Below are positions 1 to 9,434 of a stretch of 64,000 nt of DNA, piece after piece. Below the pieces are notes generated by a model. It was not told the DNA's origin. It searched no databases and saw nothing but the letters and a program-made list of their open reading frames with translations. Location: contig JAGYLJ010000001.1 of the NCBI GenBank assembly GCA_018401295.1, positions 27,901-91,900 on the forward strand, in the 5' to 3' direction. The translations under genes were made by a program, and so were the position numbers. This DNA is from a bacterium (GTDB lineage Bacteria > Patescibacteriota > Minisyncoccia > Phycocordibacterales > UBA12079). How positions within the stretch are numbered: the first letter of the stretch is position 1; every line of letters starts with the position of its first letter.

Positions 1-2
1 CA

Positions 3-251
3 CAGGCGGTTGTTTATATGGCTAAATGTAAAAAGTCCAATGATTTGTATGTTGCTTATGGAGAGGCTGAAAATGATGTAGAAAAATATGGCAATCTAAA
101 AGTTCCCTTACATATTTGTAATGCACCGACTAAATTGATGAAGAACTTAGGTTATGGTGAAGGTTATAAATATTCTCCTGATCATGATTATAAAGAAGAA
201 CAAGAATATTTTCCTAAAAAGTTAGAAGGAAAAAAGTATCTTAAGGATTAA
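3..251 (+). CDS. rarA: Replication-associated recombination protein A (RarA/MgsA), C-terminal fragment; 5' end is off-window
   Basis: Frame is open to the window edge. 'PLHICNAPTKLMKNLGYGEGYKYSPDHDY' matches the conserved MgsA C-terminal strip (PLHLRNAPTKLMKELGYG..Y.Y.HD). Confidence 0.75.
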   Translation, partial: QAVVYMAKCKKSNDLYVAYGEAENDVEKYGNLKVPLHICNAPTKLMKNLGYGEGYKYSPDHDYKEEQEYFPKKLEGKKYLKD

Positions 252-481
252 TTTTTAATAAAAACATATTTTATTTAAGATTTAATTATTTTATAATTGA
301 ATTTCGGTGTGCCTTTTAGTAAAATCAAGGTAAATAAAGAAGATTAACATTAAGTTAAAGAGATGATATACTCCAAGCTAAGTTATTAATTATTAGTTAA
401 ATTTAAGAGTTTTATGGATAAAAAGAATGTTTTTTTATTATTGTTTTAATCGTCGTTGCTTTCTTTTCCTTTCAATATTTT

Positions 482-1195
482 ATGGGGGGTAATAATAGCC
501 AAACGCTAGTTGCTTCTGGTCATACAGATTGGGCACCAATTATGTATCAAGAAGGCAATAAAATCATTGGGGCTGGACCTGAGATTATTACCAAGATTTT
601 TGATGAACTAGGGATTAAAGTTAATTCTAAATATGTAGGGTCTTGGGACGTTGTGCAGGAAAAGGCTAAGGATGGTTCAATTGATGTTATAGTGGCAGCT
701 TATAAGACCACAGAGAGAGAAGCTTATATGGATTACTCAATCCCTTACACCATTGACCCAGTAGTTTTGGTAGTTAAGAAGGGGAATGATTTTGCCTATG
801 AAGATTGGGAAGATCTAGTTGGTAAGAAAGGTATAGTGATGACAGGTGATAGTTATGGCCAGGCCTTTGATAACATTCTTCTTACTGACAAATTAACAGT
901 AGAAGAAGTTGGAACACCTGAGGAAGCTTTTTCTCTTTTGGAAAAAGAAGAAGCAGATTATTTTGTTTATGCCCTTTATTCAGCTGAAAACTATATTTCC
1001 CAGAATGATCTTTCTGACAAATTTGAAATGATTTCTAAATATGTTAGCGCTGAATATTTTTACTTAACTATCTCAAAGAAGTCTCCTTTTGTTAATCTTC
1101 TTCCACAGGTTAATAATATCTTAAAAGAATATGAAAAAGATGGAATAATTAAAGATATAATTGAAAAAAATACAGAAATTCTCAGAGAAAATTAG
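482..1195 (+). CDS. Family-3 periplasmic solute-binding protein (amino-acid ABC type); N-terminus unresolved
   Basis: 'TDWAPIMY', 'GPEIITKIFDELG' and 'DVIVAAYKTTEREAYMDYSIPY' fit the SBP_bac_3 pattern. Signal-peptide-like codons (FFIIVLIVVAFFSF) lie upstream in the same frame but have no start codon (see finding at 414-482). Confidence 0.65.
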   Translation: MGGNNSQTLVASGHTDWAPIMYQEGNKIIGAGPEIITKIFDELGIKVNSKYVGSWDVVQEKAKDGSIDVIVAAYKTTEREAYMDYSIPYTIDPVVLVVKKGNDFAYEDWEDLVGKKGIVMTGDSYGQAFDNILLTDKLTVEEVGTPEEAFSLLEKEEADYFVYALYSAENYISQNDLSDKFEMISKYVSAEYFYLTISKKSPFVNLLPQVNNILKEYEKDGIIKDIIEKNTEILREN

Positions 1196-1222
1196 GGAGA
1201 AATTAATATAAATTTGAAAAAT

Positions 1223-1251
1223 AAAAAAGGCTGGGTAACCCAGCCTTTTTT
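1223..1251. terminator. Bidirectional rho-independent terminator between convergent genes
   Basis: aaaaaaggctggg-taa-cccagcctttttt: GC stem flanked by an A-run and a T-run. Confidence 0.7.
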
Positions 1252-1267
1252 ATTTGTTCTAAATTAT

Positions 1268-1498
1268 TTATTTTTTTAAAATTAAAATTAAAACCGATAG
1301 AGACGCTATTAAGGAAATTAAGTTTATGGTGGCTAATGTACTCATATTTGAGTTAAAACTATCAATAACCAATAGTAATACACCGATTGAATAAGTGGCA
1401 ACAAATTTTAAAGAAAGTTTCTTTTTGTTTTTGAGAGAAACAAAAAATTGGAAAATCCAAGCTACAACAATAAGAGATAATCCTAAATAAGTAATCAT
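1268..1498 (-). CDS. Small two/three-TM membrane protein, unknown function
   Basis: 76-aa ORF made almost entirely of hydrophobic helices. Confidence 0.45.
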   Translation of the reverse strand: MITYLGLSLIVVAWIFQFFVSLKNKKKLSLKFVATYSIGVLLLVIDSFNSNMSTLATINLISLIASLSVLILILKK

Positions 1499-1528
1499 AT
1501 CTTTGTTTTTTTAACCGTTGTTTACGGC

Positions 1529-1786
1529 TTAAAATTTATTTCTATAAATTGATAAAACTGATATTAACGCAGATACGGTTGCTATGAAAAACAAGATTTG
1601 TAGGAGTTGTCCATCAACAGTATAATTATAAAATTTTACTGCGTCATAGAAGACATAGACACCAAAAGTTAAAGCTAATCCGTAACCAGCTAGTTTTCTT
1701 TTTGTAATAGCTAATTTCAAAGCTACTAAAACAATTACTAATTCTAGGAATATTGATGCTGTTTGTAATGTAAACATAATAAACAA
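1529..1786 (-). CDS. Small three-TM membrane protein, unknown function
   Basis: 85-aa hydrophobic ORF adjacent to 1268..1498. Confidence 0.45.
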   Translation of the reverse strand: MFIMFTLQTASIFLELVIVLVALKLAITKRKLAGYGLALTFGVYVFYDAVKFYNYTVDGQLLQILFFIATVSALISVLSIYRNKF

Positions 1787-1858
1787 TTATAACATTTCTT
1801 TTTTATTCTTTCCTCTTTCTTATCCACAGTCTTAGATTATTTAATTGCTCTGAGTTTT

Positions 1859-3022
1859 TTATTTTCTTGTCTTATAAATTAGTCGATAGGTTCCACCAAG
1901 ACTGATTAATGTAAAGATTATTAAGATGAGCCATCCAACTATCGGGATAAGCCCAACTAGGATAAGAGAAATAACTCCACCAACTACAACTTTCCAGTTA
2001 ACTGAATAATTGTTTCTCTTTTTAATTATTTTAGTTAACCAGCTTCCGAAGGTTATTCCTGATAGGGAAACTGCTAAGAATATTGATAACATGTAAAGAA
2101 CCCCAATAATGATACCTAGCCAAATTCCGACCAATGTAATTAGTAGAAGTATTGCTGTGATTGGGGCTACTATCATGATGACTAAGGCAATCCCCAAATT
2201 TTTCCAGAAATTTGTCAAACTTTCCCTAACTATTCTTTCGGTTATATTTTTGAACAAGTATATTAGCATTAGTCCAACTATAATTAAGCCTACTATCTTA
2301 ATTAAAACAGAAATGGAAATTATTATGAAAATCATTGATAAGAGAGCTCCTTTTTGGGAATCATCTCCACTTATTCCATTTTTTGCTTTAATAGTAGTTT
2401 CTCCTAGGATAACAGCACCTTCTTCTATTATTATTTCATTTTTAGAATGATATTCTAGGTTACCGTTTATCTTTGCTTTACTTCCTATAATTATTTTATC
2501 TCCTTCGACTATTTTTAAGTTTCCACCTATTTCTCCGTTAATGGTTATCATTCCGCCTCCTAAATAAGTGTCTCCTGTGATGGAACCCTGTATGTCTATG
2601 GTTCCGCCACCTATAAATAGATCTCCGCCTATCAAGGCTGTTTTAGAAATAACTATATTACCGCCTCCTAGGAGTAAATCGTCAGTTACTTTATTATTTA
2701 CTATAATACTACCCCCAGCACCGTGGACACTTCCGCCGATGTTCCCATTTATTATGAGTGTACCTGCTCCAGAATATACTGTTCCGCCAATCTCCCCATT
2801 TATAGTGACTACATTACCCGCTGCGTGTAATCCTTTCTCTATATTAGAATCAATTGAGACTATGTTACCAGCGGTGTATAAGTTTTTGATTTCTTCCCCT
2901 TGTTCTATATATACGTTGCTGTTGTTTTTAGTGGCTATACGGAAATCAGCAGCGGAAACATTATTGGCTACAAAGAATAGGGTAAGTAGAATGGAAAAGT
3001 AAATACTTTTTTTTATTTTCAT
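1859..3022 (-). CDS. Membrane protein with an exported bactofilin-like (beta-helix, Gly-rich repeat) domain and a polytopic C-terminus
   Basis: Signal peptide 'MKIKKSIYFSILLTLFFVANNVSA'. About 10 repeats of G.I.I.G.IGG. as in polymer-forming cytoskeletal/bactofilin folds. Several TM helices at the C-terminus. Confidence 0.55.
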   Translation of the reverse strand: MKIKKSIYFSILLTLFFVANNVSAADFRIATKNNSNVYIEQGEEIKNLYTAGNIVSIDSNIEKGLHAAGNVVTINGEIGGTVYSGAGTLIINGNIGGSVHGAGGSIIVNNKVTDDLLLGGGNIVISKTALIGGDLFIGGGTIDIQGSITGDTYLGGGMITINGEIGGNLKIVEGDKIIIGSKAKINGNLEYHSKNEIIIEEGAVILGETTIKAKNGISGDDSQKGALLSMIFIIISISVLIKIVGLIIVGLMLIYLFKNITERIVRESLTNFWKNLGIALVIMIVAPITAILLLITLVGIWLGIIIGVLYMLSIFLAVSLSGITFGSWLTKIIKKRNNYSVNWKVVVGGVISLILVGLIPIVGWLILIIFTLISLGGTYRLIYKTRK

Positions 3023-3198
3023 ATTTTTAGGGTTAATTTTAAGCTTTTAATCACACCTATATATTAACACAATAAGTTATCCTTTTTAAGGAAGTAATCA
3101 ACAGGGGGTGTTTCTTTTTTATTTTTTTAAAGTGTATAATTATATTGATAAATTAATAGTTGTCTTTCTTTCCTAGAGACGTATTTTTTGTAATATTT

Positions 3199-3561
3199 AT
3201 GAACAATGAAATAATAAAAAAATATAAAGAAGAGAGGCCTTGGGGAAGTTTCGAAAGATTTACTCAGAATGAAAAAACAACAGTTAAAATAATAACTGTA
3301 AAACCAAATGAGAAACTAAGTTTGCAATATCATAGAGAGCGAAATGAATTTTGGAAAATTTTATCAGGTAATTGTGAGGTTATAGCTAATGGAAAAGTTG
3401 TACCGGCTAAACAAGGTGATGAATTTTTTATTCCAGCTGGAGAGGAACATTCTCTAGAAGGAAAGAGTAATGGTGTAGTTTTTCTTGAAATTTCTTTTGG
3501 TCATTTTGACGAAAAGGATGAAGTTCGTTTAGAAGATAATTATGGTAGAGAAGATCAATAA
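3199..3561 (+). CDS. Cupin-fold mannose-6-phosphate isomerase (type II PMI C-terminal domain-like)
   Basis: 'EERPWGSFERF', 'VKIITVKPNEKLSLQYHRERNEFW' and 'IPAGEEHSLE' form the cupin PMI motif set. ATG at 3199 preferred over the TTG at 3160. Confidence 0.7.
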   Translation: MNNEIIKKYKEERPWGSFERFTQNEKTTVKIITVKPNEKLSLQYHRERNEFWKILSGNCEVIANGKVVPAKQGDEFFIPAGEEHSLEGKSNGVVFLEISFGHFDEKDEVRLEDNYGREDQ

Positions 3562-5098
3562 AAAAAGTTTAAATAATGGTTGTACAGTTCCTAACTATCT
3601 TTATGGAGGTAAACAGGTTAGATATTATGGAAGTCCTGATATAAGAGTTGCCTTTTCTGATAATGGAAAAAAATGGGAGGATTATGGTCATCCTGTTTTA
3701 GAACCAAGCGAGGGGGCTTTTGATAATCAACCTCTAACTGTCATAGAAGCTGTTTTAACAACAGAAGGGATAATGGTTTTTTACGATAGTTCTTTTCGTA
3801 ATAAAGGAAATACTTATCTTCGTATTGGTTTGGCATTTTTTGATCCAGAAAACCCAACAAGACTTACTGAAAGGAATAAATCTCCTATCTATCAACATGA
3901 AATAAAAATGAGGGATAAAATTATTTCAGTTAAAGCGTTACAAGATAAAGATGATTTGGTGATAAAATGGAAAACGGGTGTTTTAGATAAAATAGAAGTT
4001 AGGATCCCACATCCTTATATTTATTTAGGAGAAAAGGATGGAAGAAAGCCGTTTTTTGCAAAAAAACAGTTTGAAATTAACCGTTATGGAAATAATCCTA
4101 TAATTAAACCACAGGAGCAAAATGAATGGGAAACGAAAGCAACTTTCAACCCAGCGGCTTTGCAAGCGGGAGAAAAAATTCATCTTCTTTATAGAGCTAT
4201 TGGTTATGATGATGTTTCAGTTTTGGGTTATGCCTCCAGTGATGATGGTTTTAGTATAAAAGAGAGGCTTGATCATCCAGTTTTTTTTAATGATCCAGAA
4301 AATGCAAGAAAAAATAAAACTGATAAATCTCCAATTTCTTACCTTTCTGGTGGTGGTGGAAATGGAGGTTGCGAAGATCCACGTCTTACTTTGATTGATG
4401 ATGTTATCTATTTAACCTATACAGCTTTTGATGGTTGGGGTTCTTTGAGAATGGCTCTTTCTTCCATTAGTTTAAAAGATTTTCTTAATAAGGAATGGAA
4501 TTGGGAGGAACCAATAATGATTTCACCTCCTGGTGAGATTCATAAAAATTGGGTTCTTTTTCCAGAGAAAATAAATGGTAAATTTGCAGTTTTACATAGT
4601 GTTAATCCTGATGTTTTGGTTGATTATTTAGATGATCTTGATTTTAAAGGTGAAGATAAATATATTAAAGGTTTTTTTAGCTCATTAAAGAATAAAGGTC
4701 GTTGGGATAGTTGGGTTAGGGGAGCTGGTCCACCTCCAATTAAAACGGAGAAGGGTTGGCTTTTGATTTATCATGCGATGGATGTTTTTCGTGATCCTAA
4801 TCGTTATAAATTAGGGGTGATGTTATTAGACTTAAACGACCCGCAAAAGATAATTGCCAGAAGTAAAGAGCCAATCTTAGAGCCAGATGAATCTTATGAA
4901 AATGATGGCTGGAAAGCAGGTGTTTCCTATTGTTGTGGTGCTGTAGTAAGGGATGGGCAACTTTTGATTTATTATGGGGGGGCTGATACTGTTTCTTGTG
5001 TAGCAGAAACTGATTTGGAAAATTTTATTAATACACTCATAACGACAGCAAAACCCAAAATTAAAATAGTAAGGAAGAAGAAAGTAAAAAAGAAATAA
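3542..5098 (+). CDS. GH130-family glycoside phosphorylase/glycosidase (about 1.5 domains)
   Basis: 'NPIIKPQEQNEWETKATFNPAA', 'CEDPRLTLIDDVIYLTYTAFDG', 'YHAMD....YKLGVMLLDLNDP' and 'IYYGGADT' are GH130 hallmarks. Confidence 0.7.
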   Translation: MVEKINKKSLNNGCTVPNYLYGGKQVRYYGSPDIRVAFSDNGKKWEDYGHPVLEPSEGAFDNQPLTVIEAVLTTEGIMVFYDSSFRNKGNTYLRIGLAFFDPENPTRLTERNKSPIYQHEIKMRDKIISVKALQDKDDLVIKWKTGVLDKIEVRIPHPYIYLGEKDGRKPFFAKKQFEINRYGNNPIIKPQEQNEWETKATFNPAALQAGEKIHLLYRAIGYDDVSVLGYASSDDGFSIKERLDHPVFFNDPENARKNKTDKSPISYLSGGGGNGGCEDPRLTLIDDVIYLTYTAFDGWGSLRMALSSISLKDFLNKEWNWEEPIMISPPGEIHKNWVLFPEKINGKFAVLHSVNPDVLVDYLDDLDFKGEDKYIKGFFSSLKNKGRWDSWVRGAGPPPIKTEKGWLLIYHAMDVFRDPNRYKLGVMLLDLNDPQKIIARSKEPILEPDESYENDGWKAGVSYCCGAVVRDGQLLIYYGGADTVSCVAETDLENFINTLITTAKPKIKIVRKKKVKKK

Positions 5099-5101
5099 AT
5101 T

Positions 5102-7018
5102 ATGTTTGTATTAAAACGCTCTAAACACAATCCAATAATACAACCTGTTCGACAGCATCGATGGGAATCATTTGCGACCTTCAATTGGTCGCCTCTTCAG
5201 GATGGAGATACTCTTCATTGCCTTTATAGAGCAATGTCTTTACCTGAGGCCATGAAGGATGGATCAGTGGCAGGGATGTCAGTAGTCGGTTATGCGAAGA
5301 GCAGAGATGGAGTTGAATTTGAGGATAGAAGGATTTTGGTAGAACCTGAAGAAGAATGGGAAAAATATGGTTGTGAAGATCCCAGAATCACAAAAATTGA
5401 TGGTAAACATTATATTTTTTATACAGCTTTGTCTGAGTATCCTTATAAGGCTGAAGGTATTAAAGTAGCAGTGGCTATTTCTAATGATTTAAAAAATATT
5501 GATGAGAGACATTTAGTAACCCCATTTAATGCCAAGGCTATGGCTATGTTTCCTGAGAAGATAAACGGGAAATTTACGGTTATTTTTGGTGTTAATACAG
5601 ATACTCCTCCGGCTAAAATTGCAATCGCTCAGTTTGAAAGAGAAGAAGATCTTTGGAATAAAGAAAAGTGGGAGGATTGGTATAAAGATTTAGATAAAAA
5701 TACAATTGATCCGAGGCGAAGTCCTAAAGATCATGTTGAGGTTGGAGCTGCTCCTTTAAAGACTGAGCATGGTTGGTTATTAATTTATTCTCATATTAAG
5801 AATTATTTTGGAGAAGGGCCGAGAGTGTTTGGTATTGAAGCCTTGCTTCTGGATATTAATGACCCAAGAAAAATTATAGGAAAGACTAAAAATCCGATAA
5901 TGGTCCCAGAATTAAGTTACGAAAAGTATGGTCATTTACCTAACATAATTTTCCCTTCAGGTGCTATTATAAGAAAGGGAAATGTTGAAATTTATTATGG
6001 GGGGGCTGATACATTATCTTGTCGAGCAAAGGTTAATCTAAATAATTTGGTTGAAAGTATGTTGCCGGATCTTGTGGCAGAAAAAATAAAAAGATTTAAA
6101 GACAACCCTATCTTATTACCTAAACCAGAGAATGCTTGGGAAAGTAAATATGTTTTCAACCCTGGGGCAATTGATTTAGAGGGTGTTGTTTATATCTTAT
6201 ATAGAGCCATGGGAGAAGATAACGTTACGACTATCGGGTTAGCTACTAGTAAAGACGGTATCCATATTGATGAGAGATTAAATGAACCTATATATGTTCC
6301 TAGAGAATTATTTGAATCAAAGGGTTGTGAAGATGCTCGTATTGTAGAGATGGAAGGACGGCTTTATATGAGTTATACAGCCTATGATGGGGTAAACGTT
6401 CCGAGAATCGCTGTGACCTCAATTTTAAAGGAAGACTTTATTAATCGTCAATGGAAATGGGAACCTCCAGCTCTGATTTCACAAGCAGTGTTAATGGATA
6501 AAAATGCTTGTATTCTCCCCAAAAAGACTGACGACGGTTATATGATTTATCACAGAATGGGGCAAAGTATTTGTTATGATTTCATTGATAGTCTTGATTT
6601 TTCAAAAGAAAAATTAAATAAATGTATTCCTCTATTGCTACCTCGTTATGGCATGTGGGATAGTAAAAAAGTTGGTATCTCAGCACCACCTTTTATTTGC
6701 GATGTTGGTTGGATGCTTTTATACCACGGTGTTGGGGAAGATAATGTTTATAGAATAGGAGCAGCTCTTTTTGATAAAGATAATCCGACAAATCTTGTGG
6801 CTACGACCTCAGCGCCAATTCTTGAACCAGAATTTGATTATGAAAAAATCGGTCAGGTTCCTAATGTGGTTTTCCCCTGTGGAACGGTTTTGAGAGATGG
6901 GATTGTCTATATTTACTATGGAGGGGCTGATAGTGTAGTGGGCGGCGCAACCGTAAAGATTGATGATTTAATAAAGATGTTTGATAACTTATGGAATTAT
7001 ACGGACACAAAGAAATGA
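5102..7018 (+). CDS. Tandem double GH130-family domain protein
   Basis: The GH130 motif set occurs twice ('NPIIQP..WESFATFNWSP','CEDPRITKIDGKHYIFYTA','IYYGGADT' and again 'NPILLP..WESKYVFNPGA','CEDARIVEMEGRLYMSYTA','IYYGGADS'). Confidence 0.75.
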   Translation: MFVLKRSKHNPIIQPVRQHRWESFATFNWSPLQDGDTLHCLYRAMSLPEAMKDGSVAGMSVVGYAKSRDGVEFEDRRILVEPEEEWEKYGCEDPRITKIDGKHYIFYTALSEYPYKAEGIKVAVAISNDLKNIDERHLVTPFNAKAMAMFPEKINGKFTVIFGVNTDTPPAKIAIAQFEREEDLWNKEKWEDWYKDLDKNTIDPRRSPKDHVEVGAAPLKTEHGWLLIYSHIKNYFGEGPRVFGIEALLLDINDPRKIIGKTKNPIMVPELSYEKYGHLPNIIFPSGAIIRKGNVEIYYGGADTLSCRAKVNLNNLVESMLPDLVAEKIKRFKDNPILLPKPENAWESKYVFNPGAIDLEGVVYILYRAMGEDNVTTIGLATSKDGIHIDERLNEPIYVPRELFESKGCEDARIVEMEGRLYMSYTAYDGVNVPRIAVTSILKEDFINRQWKWEPPALISQAVLMDKNACILPKKTDDGYMIYHRMGQSICYDFIDSLDFSKEKLNKCIPLLLPRYGMWDSKKVGISAPPFICDVGWMLLYHGVGEDNVYRIGAALFDKDNPTNLVATTSAPILEPEFDYEKIGQVPNVVFPCGTVLRDGIVYIYYGGADSVVGGATVKIDDLIKMFDNLWNYTDTKK

Positions 7019-7755
7019 TAATTTTTGATTTAGATGGCACTCTTGCTAAGAGCAAGTGTGATATTGATAATGAGATGGCTAATCTTTTGGGTAGTTTATT
7101 AAAGATTAAAAAGGTAGCAATTATTTCTGGGGGAACCTATACTCAAATAGAAGAATCCCTTTTATCAAAACTTGATTGCGATAGTTTTCTTTTTTACAAT
7201 CTTTTTATTTTTCCGACCTGTGCCACTAGTTTTTATAAATATGTAATAGGGGAGTGGGAAAATGTTTATACAGAAGAGATAGAACCGGAGCAAAGAGAGA
7301 ATATTATAAAAGCTTTAAATGAATCCCTTGAGGAAGCTGGTTATCATAAACCTAAGATTGTTCGTGGTGAAATAATTGAAGATAGGTTGACTCAGATAAC
7401 TTTTTCTGGTTTAGGACAGGAGGCCCCTCTTGGAGAAAAAATAAGGTGGGATCCTGATCATGTCTTAAGGGATAAAATAATTAAAGCTTTTGAAAAACGC
7501 ATATCTGATTTTGACGCTAAGATTGGAGGTTCTACTTCCATTGATGTGAACAAAAAAGGGGTTGATAAAGCCTATGGTATTAGGCAGATTGAAAAAAATC
7601 TTAAGATCCCTGTTGAAAAAATGTTGTTTATCGGAGATGCACTTTTTGTTGGAGGAAACGATTTCCCAGTTATTACTACGGATATAGATATAATTTTTGT
7701 AGATAATCCAGAAGAGACGAAAAAACATATAAGAGAGATTATAAAAAATCCGTAA
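7015..7755 (+). CDS. HAD-IIB family hydrolase (phosphomannomutase/sugar-phosphatase-like)
   Basis: 'MIIFDLDGTL' DxDGT nucleophile motif and C-terminal 'GDALFVGGND'. ATG at 7015 overlaps the upstream stop (ATGA). Confidence 0.65.
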   Translation: MIIFDLDGTLAKSKCDIDNEMANLLGSLLKIKKVAIISGGTYTQIEESLLSKLDCDSFLFYNLFIFPTCATSFYKYVIGEWENVYTEEIEPEQRENIIKALNESLEEAGYHKPKIVRGEIIEDRLTQITFSGLGQEAPLGEKIRWDPDHVLRDKIIKAFEKRISDFDAKIGGSTSIDVNKKGVDKAYGIRQIEKNLKIPVEKMLFIGDALFVGGNDFPVITTDIDIIFVDNPEETKKHIREIIKNP

Positions 7756-7779
7756 TATTTATATATTATATAAAGGGAT

Positions 7780-9426
7780 ATGAAAAAAAAATCAAATAGG
7801 AAAAAAATAATTTTTAGTTTTGTTATTTTAACTTTGATAGCTGTTATTTTTTTCAGTTATTTTTTTAAGGAAGATGTAGTTGAATATAATTTCAGTTCGG
7901 TTGAAAGAGTAGATTTGGTTCAGGAAATAAGTGCGACGGGAAGGATAAAAGCGGTTGATGAAATAAACTTAGCCTTTGAAAAAAGTGGGAAAATAGAAAC
8001 AGTCTCTGTGAAGATAGGTGATAAAGTAAAGGCAGGTCAGGTTTTAGTTGATTTAGAAAGTGATGATATTTTAGCTGAAATTGTTCAGGCTAGAGCAGGA
8101 GTTTCTAGCGCAGAGGCAAAACTCAATCAATATAAAGCTGTTTTGGAAAAGGAAGAAAACGAATTAGAGATACTTCAAATTGGAACCCGTGACGAAGAAG
8201 TTTTAGTTTATGAATCAAAAGTTAAAAATGCTGAGGCAGTTTATGACGCATCGGTGCAAGGAGTTATAGATAATATTGGAGATGCCTACACGAAGTCTGA
8301 TGATGCTATTAGGAATAAAATAGATCAAATATTTAATAATCCAAGAAGTACAAACCCACAGTTAATTTTTACAGTTAATGATTCCCAACTGGAAACTGAT
8401 GTTGAATGGAGTCGTTCTTTAATTGAACAGCAGTTAGTTTTATGGTTAGCCTCACTTAATTCTCTTGATAGTGATTTATTGCAGGACGAAATAACAAAAG
8501 TAGAAAATCAGCTGAGTGAGATTAAATCTTTTTTGGGTAGTTTAGCTCTAGCAGTAAATAATCTTTCTGCTAATTCAGAGTTTTCTCAAACGGTTATAGA
8601 TGGTTATAAGACAAGTATTTATAGCGCTCGTACTAATGTTAACACTGCGGTTACTAATCTTTCTCTTGCTAAAGAAAAACTTAATACAGCTAAGACTTCT
8701 CTTTTAATAGCAGAAAACGAGTTAGCTTTAAAGGAAGCGGATAACACGCCAGAAAAGATATATTCTCAAAGGGCTATAATTAAACAGGCGGAAGCTAATA
8801 TAGTATCACAGGAGGCAGAAATAGACTTGAAAAAATCTATGGTGCAATCCTCGCTGGTTAAGCTATCTAAGAATACTTTAGTTTCCCCCATTGATGGGAC
8901 TATTATAAAACAGGAGGCTGATATCGGGGCCATTGTTTCAAGTGGACAAGTCATAATTTCTGTTATTTCTGAGGATAATTTGGAGATTGAATCCAATATT
9001 GTGGAAGCTGATATTGCTTATCTAAAGGTTGGTAATAAGGCGAAGTTAACTTTAGACGCCTACGGTGAAGATGTTATTTTTGATGCTGAAGTTGTTAGAA
9101 TTGATCCGTCTGCACAATTAATAGAAGGAGTGGCTAATTATAAAATTGCCTTAAAACTCACTGAAGCTGATAAAAGAGTTAAGTCAGGAATGACAGCTGA
9201 TATTGATATCGTCACTTTAGAATTAGAAGACGTTTTGGTGGTTCCCTATAGATCAATTATCTTTAAGAATGGTTCAGGAAAATTCGTAAGAATACTAAAT
9301 GAATTCCTTCAGGCTGAAGAAGTAGAAGTCGAAATTGGAGTAATTGGTAATGGGAGTTTGGTTGAAATTATAAAGGGAGTCAATGAGGGTGATAAAATTG
9401 TTACCTCTATTAAGAGTAATAAATAA
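7780..9426 (+). CDS. HlyD/MacA-type periplasmic adaptor (membrane fusion protein)
   Basis: N-terminal TM anchor, long coiled-coil segment, lipoyl/barrel motifs ('G.V..V.VK.GD.VKAGQVL..L'), and position directly upstream of the MacB-like ATPase and permeases. Confidence 0.7.
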   Translation: MKKKSNRKKIIFSFVILTLIAVIFFSYFFKEDVVEYNFSSVERVDLVQEISATGRIKAVDEINLAFEKSGKIETVSVKIGDKVKAGQVLVDLESDDILAEIVQARAGVSSAEAKLNQYKAVLEKEENELEILQIGTRDEEVLVYESKVKNAEAVYDASVQGVIDNIGDAYTKSDDAIRNKIDQIFNNPRSTNPQLIFTVNDSQLETDVEWSRSLIEQQLVLWLASLNSLDSDLLQDEITKVENQLSEIKSFLGSLALAVNNLSANSEFSQTVIDGYKTSIYSARTNVNTAVTNLSLAKEKLNTAKTSLLIAENELALKEADNTPEKIYSQRAIIKQAEANIVSQEAEIDLKKSMVQSSLVKLSKNTLVSPIDGTIIKQEADIGAIVSSGQVIISVISEDNLEIESNIVEADIAYLKVGNKAKLTLDAYGEDVIFDAEVVRIDPSAQLIEGVANYKIALKLTEADKRVKSGMTADIDIVTLELEDVLVVPYRSIIFKNGSGKFVRILNEFLQAEEVEVEIGVIGNGSLVEIIKGVNEGDKIVTSIKSNK

Positions 9427-9434
9427 GTAGAGCC

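Noticed and set aside
2109-3002. Plus-strand ORFs 2109..2450 and 2568..3002 (113 and 144 aa).
   Set aside because: They lie entirely antisense to the well-supported repeat protein 1859..3022, and their Pro/Ile-rich composition mirrors the Gly/Ile repeats on the other strand. They are shadow ORFs. The same reasoning was applied to the other antisense track ORFs inside long genes, for example 4972..5184, 8766..8996, 11817..12164, 14095..14375, 25240..25748, 31751..32092, 34318..34677, 35444..36474, 39564..39839 and 59728..60031.
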